From: an uncultured virus (IMG/VR IMGVR_UViG_3300028571_000020)
Lineage: Duplodnaviria; Heunggongvirae; Uroviricota; Caudoviricetes
Reading direction: 5' to 3' (one strand)
Length of the DNA stretch: 20,000 nucleotides
Virus record (IMG/VR): IMGVR_UViG_3300028571_000020
Shown here in pieces: positions 1-7,648 of the stretch (the stretch's first letter is position 1; each line of letters opens with the position of its first letter). The translations under genes were made by a program, and so were the position numbers. Under the pieces are notes generated by a model, which was not told where the DNA came from, did no database searches, and saw only the letters and a program-made list of their open reading frames with translations.

Positions 1-2463
1 GTTGTGAAGCCAAACCAGAAGGTAGTGAGCGCTGCTGACGACTATAACGAAACTGGGATGCTGGACCTCCTGAAACCAATGGGGCAGTCAAAATCCATTG
101 GTGTGGAGAAAGGGTCAACGAAGAAGGACGGCATCTCGGTATTCAAGAATCCAAACGGCAGCGTCAGGTATGTGGCGTCTAAAGATGGCGTGAACGTGGC
201 CGTTCTCCAGTTGATGGTTCTGGATGGTTCAGCAACCGCTACCAACTCCTATACAGCACCAGAGCATCGACGCACTGGTCTCGCTACACAGCTGTTTGAG
301 CGAGCCAAGAAGGACTATCCAAACCTCGTTCTATCCGATGACAGAACTGGCGACGGGATAGCTTGGACGAAGTCTCTAGATGCTGCTTCAAACTCTGGCG
401 ACCTCTTCGAGGTGAAGACCAACTTCCCTGAAGCGGATATGTGGCTTATTCGTAAGGGAACACCCGACAAGGTAGGTTCCGTCACCAAGACGTTTTCACC
501 CGAGCACATTGGTATCAAGGTCAAGGATACGAACGTCATCCTACCGAGCTACCTGTATTACGTGTTGATGCACCTGCATTCCACTGGCCTGTTCAAGAAG
601 CAGGCAACTGGTTCAACTCGACTACAGAACATCACAACCACAATGGTGAAGGAAGCACTCGGTCTACTCAGCCCGAGGATTGTTCAGTCGTCGATCTCAG
701 CAGCTGCCTTCACTGACGAGACAGGCAAGTTCTGGGGAGCGCAGGGCGCCGGTGCGATCTTCCTCGCCGCCGACACAGGCCGTATCCTGCTTCAGCACCG
801 TAGCCCTTACGTCAACGAGCCCAACACATGGGGTACCATTGGTGGAGCTATCGACGCAGGAGAAGACCCGCAAGAGGCCATGAAGCGTGAAGCCGAAGAA
901 GAGACCGGCTACCATGGCGAGATGAAGGTGGACCCCATCTTCGTCTTCAAGAGCGGCAAGTTCCAGTACCACAACTTCGTCGTGACGGTACCAAAGGAGT
1001 TCGACCCCAAGGACAGCTGGGAGTCGCAAGGGCACATCTGGACCACCATTGATGACCTACCCAAGCCGCTGCATTTCGGGTTTGTGTCTGCCCTACCGTC
1101 CCTCAAGGAGTACCTTGAAGAGAACGTGAAGGACTCGAAGGTATCAGCTGCCACAACACCTCTTCCAGCCGAATTCTCCAGCAATGATCCCGGACTTCTC
1201 ACCTTGAGCGAGTACTTCGAGAAGTCAAACCCCGGTGACAAGTCACATCCGAATAGTGCCTACGACTTTGACTTGAAGAGGATGAACTCTGATAGATCCA
1301 TCCACTCCAAAGGCAATTCAAAGAACGGTCACAATAGCTACCGTATTGATGGCAACAACAAGGGTTATCTGGTGTACAAGGAAGATGACACCATCAGCAC
1401 CCTCGTTGGTGTTGTGCACAACGGTGTGCTGTACTGCAACAAGGCGGACGTCGATATCCCTCAGTACTTCATACCTTTCAGGGGATCATCAAGCGAGAGT
1501 TTGGGATTCTCCTCAACCAAGCAGGTGAAGTACCCAAGTGAATACGTCAGGCTGGTGAGCGATATCGCCGACCTCAACCGCAAACAGTATGCTGTTCTAT
1601 TGCAGAATATCACTGTGCAGGGTGAACACTTTCAATTGAGAGCAGAGAAGACCCCCGAGAAGGATGCAGGAGTCTCTCTCGCCATCCTGAATGATAAGGG
1701 CGAAGTGGTAGCCGAAGCCATGAATGAATGGGGCTGCACATTGCTCACGGTGGCCAGAGAGTACCGGGGCAAGAAGCTCGGCCAAGTGATTGGCAAGGTA
1801 TGGACAAAGATGAACCCGAAATATGAGTCTGGTGGCTACACACCAGACGGCAGGAAGGCCGCTCGCCTCCTGTGGGAGGACCGAGTTCGAGAGTTCAAGG
1901 AGAACGGCTGGTACTCCGAACTCGTCAAGAGTGGCAAGCTGACAATCGACAAGGTGAAGGAGATTCTTTCGTCGCTTCGAGCGAGAAAGCCAGAATTACC
2001 GCCGCCTCCAACCACTGAAGTGAACAAGGGAGAGACTCTCATCTATCTGGACGACTTGGACGAGCCCGTTAGCTTCGTGGTCTACAACTCGAAGTTCCTT
2101 GAAGACCAAGATGACAAGTACATCTTGGCTCATGGATTCTTCAGGTCATCTGAATCAGTTGGGTCTTTCCTTTTCAAGATCGATTACGAACCGGAGCAGG
2201 CCAAGCTTGCCACATACATCGCACTGCAGATGTCGAAGATGAACGGTGAGCCCATCTACATTGGCGAGGGTTACGGCGACATGCTTGAACTGGACGGGCT
2301 AGATAATGTGGAGGTGGGCGGCGATTATGCCACACTCAACAAAGATGTCCTGCCGCTCAAGAATCTTGCCAAGAAGGAGATTCTTGCTCGCAAGCCCTTC
2401 GACAAGTATCAACAGGTGTACCACTCGCTGGTGGAGCAGGCTGACGCGAAGTGGAACAACTGA
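1..2463 (+). CDS. Multi-domain (polyvalent-type) phage protein: GNAT + HsdS TRD-like module + NUDIX hydrolase + unknown domain + second GNAT; probably 5'-truncated by the window edge
   Basis: Frame is open from base 1 (gtt gtg aag...). GNAT motif A PEHRRTGLA (259-285). TRD-like segment ILPSYLYYVL...ATGSTRLQNI (~400-665). Nudix box GGAIDAGEDPQEAMKREAEEETG (841-909). Second GNAT motif A VAREYRGKKLG...YTPDG (~1750-1850). Confidence 0.85.
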   Translation, partial: VVKPNQKVVSAADDYNETGMLDLLKPMGQSKSIGVEKGSTKKDGISVFKNPNGSVRYVASKDGVNVAVLQLMVLDGSATATNSYTAPEHRRTGLATQLFERAKKDYPNLVLSDDRTGDGIAWTKSLDAASNSGDLFEVKTNFPEADMWLIRKGTPDKVGSVTKTFSPEHIGIKVKDTNVILPSYLYYVLMHLHSTGLFKKQATGSTRLQNITTTMVKEALGLLSPRIVQSSISAAAFTDETGKFWGAQGAGAIFLAADTGRILLQHRSPYVNEPNTWGTIGGAIDAGEDPQEAMKREAEEETGYHGEMKVDPIFVFKSGKFQYHNFVVTVPKEFDPKDSWESQGHIWTTIDDLPKPLHFGFVSALPSLKEYLEENVKDSKVSAATTPLPAEFSSNDPGLLTLSEYFEKSNPGDKSHPNSAYDFDLKRMNSDRSIHSKGNSKNGHNSYRIDGNNKGYLVYKEDDTISTLVGVVHNGVLYCNKADVDIPQYFIPFRGSSSESLGFSSTKQVKYPSEYVRLVSDIADLNRKQYAVLLQNITVQGEHFQLRAEKTPEKDAGVSLAILNDKGEVVAEAMNEWGCTLLTVAREYRGKKLGQVIGKVWTKMNPKYESGGYTPDGRKAARLLWEDRVREFKENGWYSELVKSGKLTIDKVKEILSSLRARKPELPPPPTTEVNKGETLIYLDDLDEPVSFVVYNSKFLEDQDDKYILAHGFFRSSESVGSFLFKIDYEPEQAKLATYIALQMSKMNGEPIYIGEGYGDMLELDGLDNVEVGGDYATLNKDVLPLKNLAKKEILARKPFDKYQQVYHSLVEQADAKWNN

Positions 2464-2487
2464 CACAGGGTCAGTGCACTCTTGGTC

Positions 2488-2874
2488 ATGGATACAATGA
2501 CCAAGCTCCTCTTGTCGGAATGGAACGTACTGTTGATGGCAGCAGTGTGGGTCTGCACCGCAATTGCGGAGCGGGCATTCCCTACTCAATTCGAGAAGGG
2601 TCGGCTCATCAACCGCCTTGAACCCTTGTTCCCCATCGTGGCATGCATCATCTTCGCCACCATGGTTCCCGGTCCATGGATGCCGACTGAGGGTGTTACC
2701 ATTGGCCAGAAGGTCATCCTCGGTGTCATCCTTGGTGCCGGTAGCCACAACTTCACAGCCATGGCCAAGCGTTTCGGCTTGACTCCATTCGTCGCGAAGC
2801 TCAATGCCAGCAAGCGAAAGAGCAGGGTCGAATCACTCGACCCTGCTCCTGAAGACGACAAGCCTGCTGCCTAG
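2488..2874 (+). CDS. Small membrane protein with 3 hydrophobic segments, holin-like
   Basis: Hydrophobic stretches WNVLLMAAVWVCTAIA, LFPIVACIIFATMV and VILGVILGAG, then a highly charged C-terminal tail. ATG 2488 preferred over TTG 2482. Confidence 0.55.
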   Translation: MDTMTKLLLSEWNVLLMAAVWVCTAIAERAFPTQFEKGRLINRLEPLFPIVACIIFATMVPGPWMPTEGVTIGQKVILGVILGAGSHNFTAMAKRFGLTPFVAKLNASKRKSRVESLDPAPEDDKPAA

Positions 2875-3008
2875 GTCTTGTATGGCGCACCATCGGTGCG
2901 TACGCTGCACTCAGCCGCTGAGGTGCCTGATGGCAGGCGAGGCGTCACCCCACTGAAAAGTGGAGAAGTTTGATCGGCCGAAGGGTTTGAAGACCGGTGA
3001 TAAACCTT
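2875..3008 (+). ncRNA. Candidate structured non-coding RNA or cis-element; family not recognised
   Basis: Consecutive hairpins at 2885-2901, 2907-2926 (or alternative 2924-2939), 2950-2963 (GAAA tetraloop) and 2982-3008, directly upstream of a terminator. No convincing ORF. Confidence 0.35.
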
Positions 3009-3043
3009 GAAAGCCCGCTGCAAAGCGGGACTTTCGCTTTTTT
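3009..3043 (+). terminator. Rho-independent terminator
   Basis: gaaag-cccgct GCAA agcggg-a-ctttc followed by gc-tttttt; lies between convergent transcription units. Confidence 0.85.
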
Positions 3044-3062
3044 GGGTGGTGGTATTCAACCT

Positions 3063-3093
3063 TCGTAGCCGTCTGGGTCGTAGCCGTCTGGGT
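3063..3093. repeat. 15-bp tandem duplication tcgtagccgtctggg x2
   Basis: Two exact copies, 3063-3077 and 3078-3092, inside an 11-bp inverted repeat (3047-3057 / 3110-3120). Confidence 0.9.
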
Positions 3094-3149
3094 AACCATC
3101 GAAGCGCTGGAATACCACCAATCCGGGGTTGTACTGGTCGTCAACCCAC

Positions 3150-3278
3150 TCACCTTCTGGGTCGAGTCGTGGCCTTCAAAACGGCAACACCTTCGTTCAG
3201 CAAGCGTCTTGCTTCCTCTCGTGAAGGGGCGACAAGAGCAGCGCGAAGCAGTGCCTCGGATTTGGTCTCAGTGGTCAT
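3150..3278 (-). CDS. Small hypothetical protein (42 aa, MTTETKSEALLRAALVAPSREEARRLLNEGVAVLKATTRPRR), absent from the ORF track; possibly frameshifted
   Basis: ATG at 3278 with GGAG Shine-Dalgarno (3287-3290) just downstream of the helicase stop; stop at 3150-3152. Confidence 0.55.
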   Translation of the reverse strand: MTTETKSEALLRAALVAPSREEARRLLNEGVAVLKATTRPRR

Positions 3279-3292
3279 CGTGCTTACTCCAA

Positions 3293-4651
3293 TCAAGCAA
3301 AGATTACGTGAAGACTATCCGAACTGCGAGAGTATGCAGTGTACAACCACCGCTTCCTCTCTTCGTCACTCAGAACACCGAGTGCACGTTCTACCACAAC
3401 CACGACACTGGGGAAACCAGAACCTTGGCTCTTGTGACCAGTGATCGCGTACGAGAAGTCACAAAGTGCGCCGACCCCTCCCCAACCATACGGCTTGCCG
3501 GGAACTTCGTCGAAGCCAGCAAACGTCTTCTCACGAAGGAACTGGTGCTTGCACATGCAGAAGTCTGTGAGCAGGCCGACAGGTTCGTCAAACTGCACGT
3601 CAGCATAGACGTGGTGCTCAGTCACACGAGGCTGAGAAACGATGACACCGCGCATCCCATTGGGGACCATAAAACCACTGTCGTTCAGGCGCTTGTTCTT
3701 CAGGCAGATGATCATCTCACCCTGAGCCGGACCATCGTACTCGTCGAGGCTGAGGACGTCTTCCCGGTACTGAATGTTGATGTTGCGACGCATCCGGTTG
3801 GTGAATGTCAGGACGACACCCGGTGGCTTACCTTTCTCGATGGCGTCACCAATCTGCCTGCTCCATGACAGACGAGGGTCGTCCATGTCGTCGATGAAAT
3901 CACGAATGACGTCGTCCGGCGCACCACGACGAACCATGTGGGCCAGACGGATGATTGGGTTACCGTGTGCAAGACGGTGAATCTTCTCCAGCTTCACGTC
4001 TGGATTCAGCATGACGCCGGTGTCTTCACCGACGGGACTCAACTGGCCATGGTCACCAATGGCGAGGATGGGCTTCCCCAGACGCCGCAGTGCTGCAAGC
4101 TCTGGCGCTGCAACCATGGAGAACTCGTCCACCAAGATGATGTCGTAGTCGGCGTCGCCGCGTTCTTCCCAACCAAGAATACGGCCCGTATTCTTGTCTT
4201 CAACTGGCTTGTAGATGGTTCCGTGCACAGTGCGCACAGTCACAAGCTCACCGGTCAAGCCCATCTTAGCCAGATTGTTCTTCAGAACGAGAACAGCCTT
4301 GCCTGTTGGAGCCGCGTAAACGGCTTCTATCCCCTTGTTCAACAACCAGACTGCGAGCCTCGAAGTGAGGAATGTCTTGCCGGTACCGCCCAAACCACCG
4401 AAAGAGAACAACATCTGCTTGTCTGGAGAGTTGTCTTCAATCCACGAAGTGATCTTCTCCCACGCGACCTCTTGGTCAGGCGATGGGTTCCACTCTGGAA
4501 GCTTTAGCTCCACAGGAGGGGGAGGATCATCTTCAAGGAGTTCGCTGCTCCAGTCCGGCAGTTGATCGATAACCTTGCCGAACAGCACCTCACTGATTTC
4601 GTCCAATACTGGCGTCAGCCCAATGGGCTGAGATTGCTTGTTGTCAGTCAT
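3293..4651 (-). CDS. SF1B DNA helicase, Dda/RecD-like
   Basis: Walker A GLGGTGKT, AAPTGKA, TVHGTIY, Walker B ILVDEFSMV, IGDHGQLSPV, YAITGHKSQGS, WLYTAYSR. ATG 4651 (preceded by AGGGG) avoids overlap with the divergent gene. Confidence 0.92.
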   Translation of the reverse strand: MTDNKQSQPIGLTPVLDEISEVLFGKVIDQLPDWSSELLEDDPPPPVELKLPEWNPSPDQEVAWEKITSWIEDNSPDKQMLFSFGGLGGTGKTFLTSRLAVWLLNKGIEAVYAAPTGKAVLVLKNNLAKMGLTGELVTVRTVHGTIYKPVEDKNTGRILGWEERGDADYDIILVDEFSMVAAPELAALRRLGKPILAIGDHGQLSPVGEDTGVMLNPDVKLEKIHRLAHGNPIIRLAHMVRRGAPDDVIRDFIDDMDDPRLSWSRQIGDAIEKGKPPGVVLTFTNRMRRNINIQYREDVLSLDEYDGPAQGEMIICLKNKRLNDSGFMVPNGMRGVIVSQPRVTEHHVYADVQFDEPVGLLTDFCMCKHQFLREKTFAGFDEVPGKPYGWGGVGALCDFSYAITGHKSQGSGFPSVVVVVERALGVLSDEERKRWLYTAYSRSSDSLHVIFA

Positions 4652-4694
4652 GGCCCCTAGGTGACCACGGAAGTGGCCAGCAGTCAAGTAGTCA

Positions 4695-4723
4695 TTGACA
4701 TCATACAAGAGATCACATAAGGT
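4695..4723 (+). promoter_or_regulatory. Sigma70-type promoter
   Basis: TTGACA (4695-4700), 17-nt spacer, TAAGGT (4718-4723); ATG 4730 follows after 6 nt. Confidence 0.65.
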
Positions 4724-4729
4724 AGGTCC

Positions 4730-5284
4730 ATGACCCACATGAAACCAGTTGTTCGGCAGTCAGACGTCTTGGTTATCATCCACACGCTGGGTTTGGTGAC
4801 GTCGTACCACCCGCTGCTGGAAGTGCTCCCGGCTGATGCTGACCACAAGTACGTGGCAAACCGCTTCGGTCTCCACAGTGTGGAAAGCCTGATGGGCTTC
4901 TACGTCAAGCCCATGCGGTGGACGTCGCACTGGGAAGTCCGTCACCCAGACACCAATGAGATCCTCGACCAGACGACGATCATTCTGTGTGAGAGCGAGG
5001 CTCATGCTTGGCGCACTGTGTACTCTGTCATCGACGACACTCCGTTCACCATCTTCATCAGCAAGGACAATGTGGCGACTGCCACTGCTCCCAACGAGGC
5101 GTGCGCTCTGGCGTGGGCTGAGAAGCTGACGGTGTTCGGCCAGCCTGTTCGTATCGACGGCTGCAAGTTGTCGTGTGACTTCGGTGCGGATGTCTTCACT
5201 GGTGACGTCGTCACCAACCGTCTTCGCGCTGCTGGCATCTACAGGGAGCGTGGTTTCCTCCGTGGCCGAGTCATCGAGGAGTGA
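4730..5284 (+). CDS. Hypothetical protein, likely early gene
   Basis: 184-aa ORF with the C-ending codon bias of neighbouring genes, directly behind the sigma70-like promoter. Confidence 0.75.
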   Translation: MTHMKPVVRQSDVLVIIHTLGLVTSYHPLLEVLPADADHKYVANRFGLHSVESLMGFYVKPMRWTSHWEVRHPDTNEILDQTTIILCESEAHAWRTVYSVIDDTPFTIFISKDNVATATAPNEACALAWAEKLTVFGQPVRIDGCKLSCDFGADVFTGDVVTNRLRAAGIYRERGFLRGRVIEE

Positions 5285-5420
5285 TGACCAACCAGCAACC
5301 TTCTCACCTCCTTTTGTGGTGGTCTATTTCAGATACGAAAGATGCGATTCACGAGTTGACGTTGGCCTTGTAACATAGGACTCTGCTGTATGCGGGTGCA
5401 AGTACCCGTCAGGAGAGTCA

Positions 5421-6158
5421 ATGTCATTCCTTACGTTCACTGAAATCGCCAAGATGCTGACCGAGAAACAGACCCTTTGGGTCCGCAATATCTCGCCACC
5501 ACCCCGCAAGATCCTCATCATCGACTACCCTTCTGCTGAAGGTGGTCGTGCATTCAACATCCCTCGCACCAATCTACCCTTCAACATCTGTGACCACGTG
5601 GACGCGGAGTCGCTGCGCAACAGCAAGTCCTTCCGTGACATGTTCAACGCAGGTATGCTTGAAGTCGTCGACGAGGACGCTGCTCGCAACGAGTTGAAGG
5701 ATCCGCTGATTCGCAAGTCCCTCCAGAACGCAATGAGCGAGGCCAAGAACACCCACGCTCACCGTGCTGACGAAGTGCGCAAGAATCAGGAAGCTGACGC
5801 TGCCGTGCGTGCTGAGCAGCAGGCCAATACGTCACAGGGAACCAAGAGCATAATTGCTGCCCTTGACCCCGCTCTCGCCAAGGCCCTGAACCTCATTGGC
5901 GCCAACGGCATGAAGAACGACCCAACGCTGGTCAGCAAGTTCAACCCCCGCTTGGTTGCCCTTGAAGACAAGATCAAGGCTGGCAACGTTCCAGTCAGTC
6001 TCGTGATGACCGAACTGTCCTCGATGATCGGCGACCTGTCGATTGACGACATGACCCATGTCGCCGCTGGCGGTGTGTGGCCCAAGGACGTCGCCGAGTG
6101 GGCACGCAACCGTGTTGCCTTCCTCGTCAACCGCCGCGACCAAGAAGACCGCATCTGA
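5421..6158 (+). CDS. Hypothetical protein with central helical/coiled-coil region
   Basis: 245-aa ORF, AGGAG Shine-Dalgarno at 5411-5415, strong codon bias, followed by a terminator. Confidence 0.85.
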   Translation: MSFLTFTEIAKMLTEKQTLWVRNISPPPRKILIIDYPSAEGGRAFNIPRTNLPFNICDHVDAESLRNSKSFRDMFNAGMLEVVDEDAARNELKDPLIRKSLQNAMSEAKNTHAHRADEVRKNQEADAAVRAEQQANTSQGTKSIIAALDPALAKALNLIGANGMKNDPTLVSKFNPRLVALEDKIKAGNVPVSLVMTELSSMIGDLSIDDMTHVAAGGVWPKDVAEWARNRVAFLVNRRDQEDRI

Positions 6159-6181
6159 GACGCACTCTTCGAGAGAGCATC

Positions 6182-6218
6182 CGAAAAGGAGTGTGATGTT
6201 TCACACTCCTTTTCGTTT
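6182..6218. terminator. Intrinsic terminator, potentially bidirectional
   Basis: Perfect 15-bp stem cgaaaaggagtgtga / tcacactccttttcg with loop tgtt and A/T tracts on both arms. Confidence 0.85.
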
Positions 6219-6230
6219 GTGCAGGTTGAT

Positions 6231-6512
6231 ATGACACATCACTGGAGAAAAGAAATGGTAGTTTGGGTCAACGACCCGGTCAAAAAGCTTGTGGTAGTGG
6301 GCAACCATGGCTTTGTGTGGTGGTTCGGCAAAAGGATCATCTATGCTAAATTCCGCATTGCACAGGACTCTCCCGTTGTAGCTTTCAACAAATTCTGTTC
6401 CAATAAGCCTGATGACACCAATCTTAAAGGAAGCATCAGAGGCTACGATCAGTCAGACGTGACTCATTCTTCCATGCTGCATTTTGTGCGGACCGGTGTA
6501 TTCCCCATGTGA
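6231..6512 (+). CDS. Hypothetical protein (AT-richer than neighbours)
   Basis: ORF fills the gap between the terminator and the next gene; AGGT upstream of ATG 6231; start uncertain. Confidence 0.55.
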   Translation: MTHHWRKEMVVWVNDPVKKLVVVGNHGFVWWFGKRIIYAKFRIAQDSPVVAFNKFCSNKPDDTNLKGSIRGYDQSDVTHSSMLHFVRTGVFPM

Positions 6513-6519
6513 GGTAGAG

Positions 6520-6741
6520 ATGTCAACTGAAGAGATCGAACGTCGGATCAAGTCAGCTGAGAACAAAGCGGATCACGCCGCAGAGATTGCGATGGCTGCT
6601 ATCGAAGCACAGCGCAGTCTTCATAGTGCACTCGAATCTGCCCACCAACAGATGGGTGAGATGTTGGCTGCCAGCAAGCATATCAGCAAGTTGGCCGAGT
6701 CACTAGCCCGTTTCGTTCTCAGTGTAGAAAAGAAGGATTGA
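6520..6741 (+). CDS. Small coiled-coil protein
   Basis: GAGGT Shine-Dalgarno then ATG 6520 (MSTEEIERRIK...); heptad-like pattern. Confidence 0.8.
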   Translation: MSTEEIERRIKSAENKADHAAEIAMAAIEAQRSLHSALESAHQQMGEMLAASKHISKLAESLARFVLSVEKKD

Positions 6742-6744
6742 AAA

Positions 6745-7521
6745 ATGGACCATAAGACTCGTGACCAAGTTGTGAACTCCCTCCGTGCAGCCGCAGCTAC
6801 TCTGCTGCGTGAGAGCCTTCCTCCAAAGGCGAAGAAGCCAGTGAAGGCTTCAGTCGACTATGCCGCTGCTCTCAAGCTGGCAATGGATGCTTCCGCTAAG
6901 GCTGATGCGTGCAAAAACGATGCTGAATGTGAAGCCGCACACAACGAGGCAGCCAAGCTGCACACCAGCGCTGCACAGATCGCTGAGGACGCATTCCAGA
7001 ATCACGAAGCAAGAGCCAGCAACCATCAGCACGATGCTCGCGAAGCCGCAAAGCGCGCATCGATGTCTTCGAAGAAGACAGCGTCCAAGACCGCCGCTGC
7101 ACACATTGAAGCGGCCAAGCTGCACACCAGTGCAGCTAAGAAGCGCCCAGTTCGCGCTTCAGCGCTCAACACGTTTGAAGACAGCTATGTCACGACCATG
7201 CTGTGGTCAACGAATGACGAGTCTAATGACGCAGGTGGCGAGCCCCTCGACAGGAACTACTCAGCGACTGACCTTTCTCCAGAAGCGATTGAGAAGGTGA
7301 AGAAGGATTGCACGTCCTTCAAGGAGAAGGCTGGCGATCTTCTTGACGGCCTTGACGATGACCAAGTCGCTCACGATTTCTGGCTGACTCGCAATGGCCA
7401 CGGCGCTGGCTTCTGGGACGGCGACTACGAAGATGACGTCGGCGACAAGCTGACGGAATTGTCGAAGACCTTCGGCGAGATTGATCCGTACGTTGGTGAT
7501 GACGGCAAGATCCATCTTTGA
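6745..7521 (+). CDS. Protein with N-terminal LRAAA tag, Ala/His-rich helical repeat and C-terminal HDFWLTRNGHGAGFWD domain of unknown function
   Basis: 258-aa ORF. AH-x-EAAKLHTSAA occurs twice (identical 17-mer at 6952-6968 and 7114-7130). I recognise the C-terminal motif from phage/plasmid hypothetical proteins. Confidence 0.85.
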   Translation: MDHKTRDQVVNSLRAAAATLLRESLPPKAKKPVKASVDYAAALKLAMDASAKADACKNDAECEAAHNEAAKLHTSAAQIAEDAFQNHEARASNHQHDAREAAKRASMSSKKTASKTAAAHIEAAKLHTSAAKKRPVRASALNTFEDSYVTTMLWSTNDESNDAGGEPLDRNYSATDLSPEAIEKVKKDCTSFKEKAGDLLDGLDDDQVAHDFWLTRNGHGAGFWDGDYEDDVGDKLTELSKTFGEIDPYVGDDGKIHL

Positions 7522-7548
7522 GTTTCGACTGATACCCGCCATTCATGG

Positions 7549-7585
7549 AAAAGAGCAAAGGCCCACTAAGGGCCTTTGCTCTTTT
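7549..7585. terminator. Bidirectional intrinsic terminator
   Basis: Perfect 16-bp stem aaaagagcaaaggccc / gggcctttgctctttt with loop actaa, between convergent genes. Confidence 0.9.
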
Positions 7586-7648
7586 ATCAGTCAGAATCAA
7601 GTCCGGGGAATCACGGGAGACGTCGAAACTAGGCTTCATTCCTCAGGA

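Noticed and set aside
2917..2963. Hammerhead ribozyme (ctgatg...gaaa)
   Set aside because: The core reads CUGAUGG rather than CUGANGA, and the GAAA is a hairpin tetraloop, not a junction strand.
3063..3093. Tandem 15-mer as a mini CRISPR array
   Set aside because: Only two adjacent copies, no spacer, too short, and no cas genes.
3228..3278. SEALLRAAL (3278 ORF) and DAIAVIKAA (16576 ORF) as extra copies of the tag
   Set aside because: The spacing of hydrophobic residues does not fit the consensus; too weak to count without a profile search.
3007..4565. Long + strand ORFs 3007-3444, 3209-3868, 3938-4507
   Set aside because: Antisense shadows of the helicase and its downstream gene, with no RBS or motifs. 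The same applies to most short opposite-strand ORFs in the track.
5356..5384. TTGACG as a -35 box for gene 5421
   Set aside because: No acceptable -10 hexamer at 16-18 nt spacing.
6192..6205. CRP site TGTGA...TCACA
   Set aside because: Spacer is 4 nt instead of 6; the palindrome is explained by the terminator stem.
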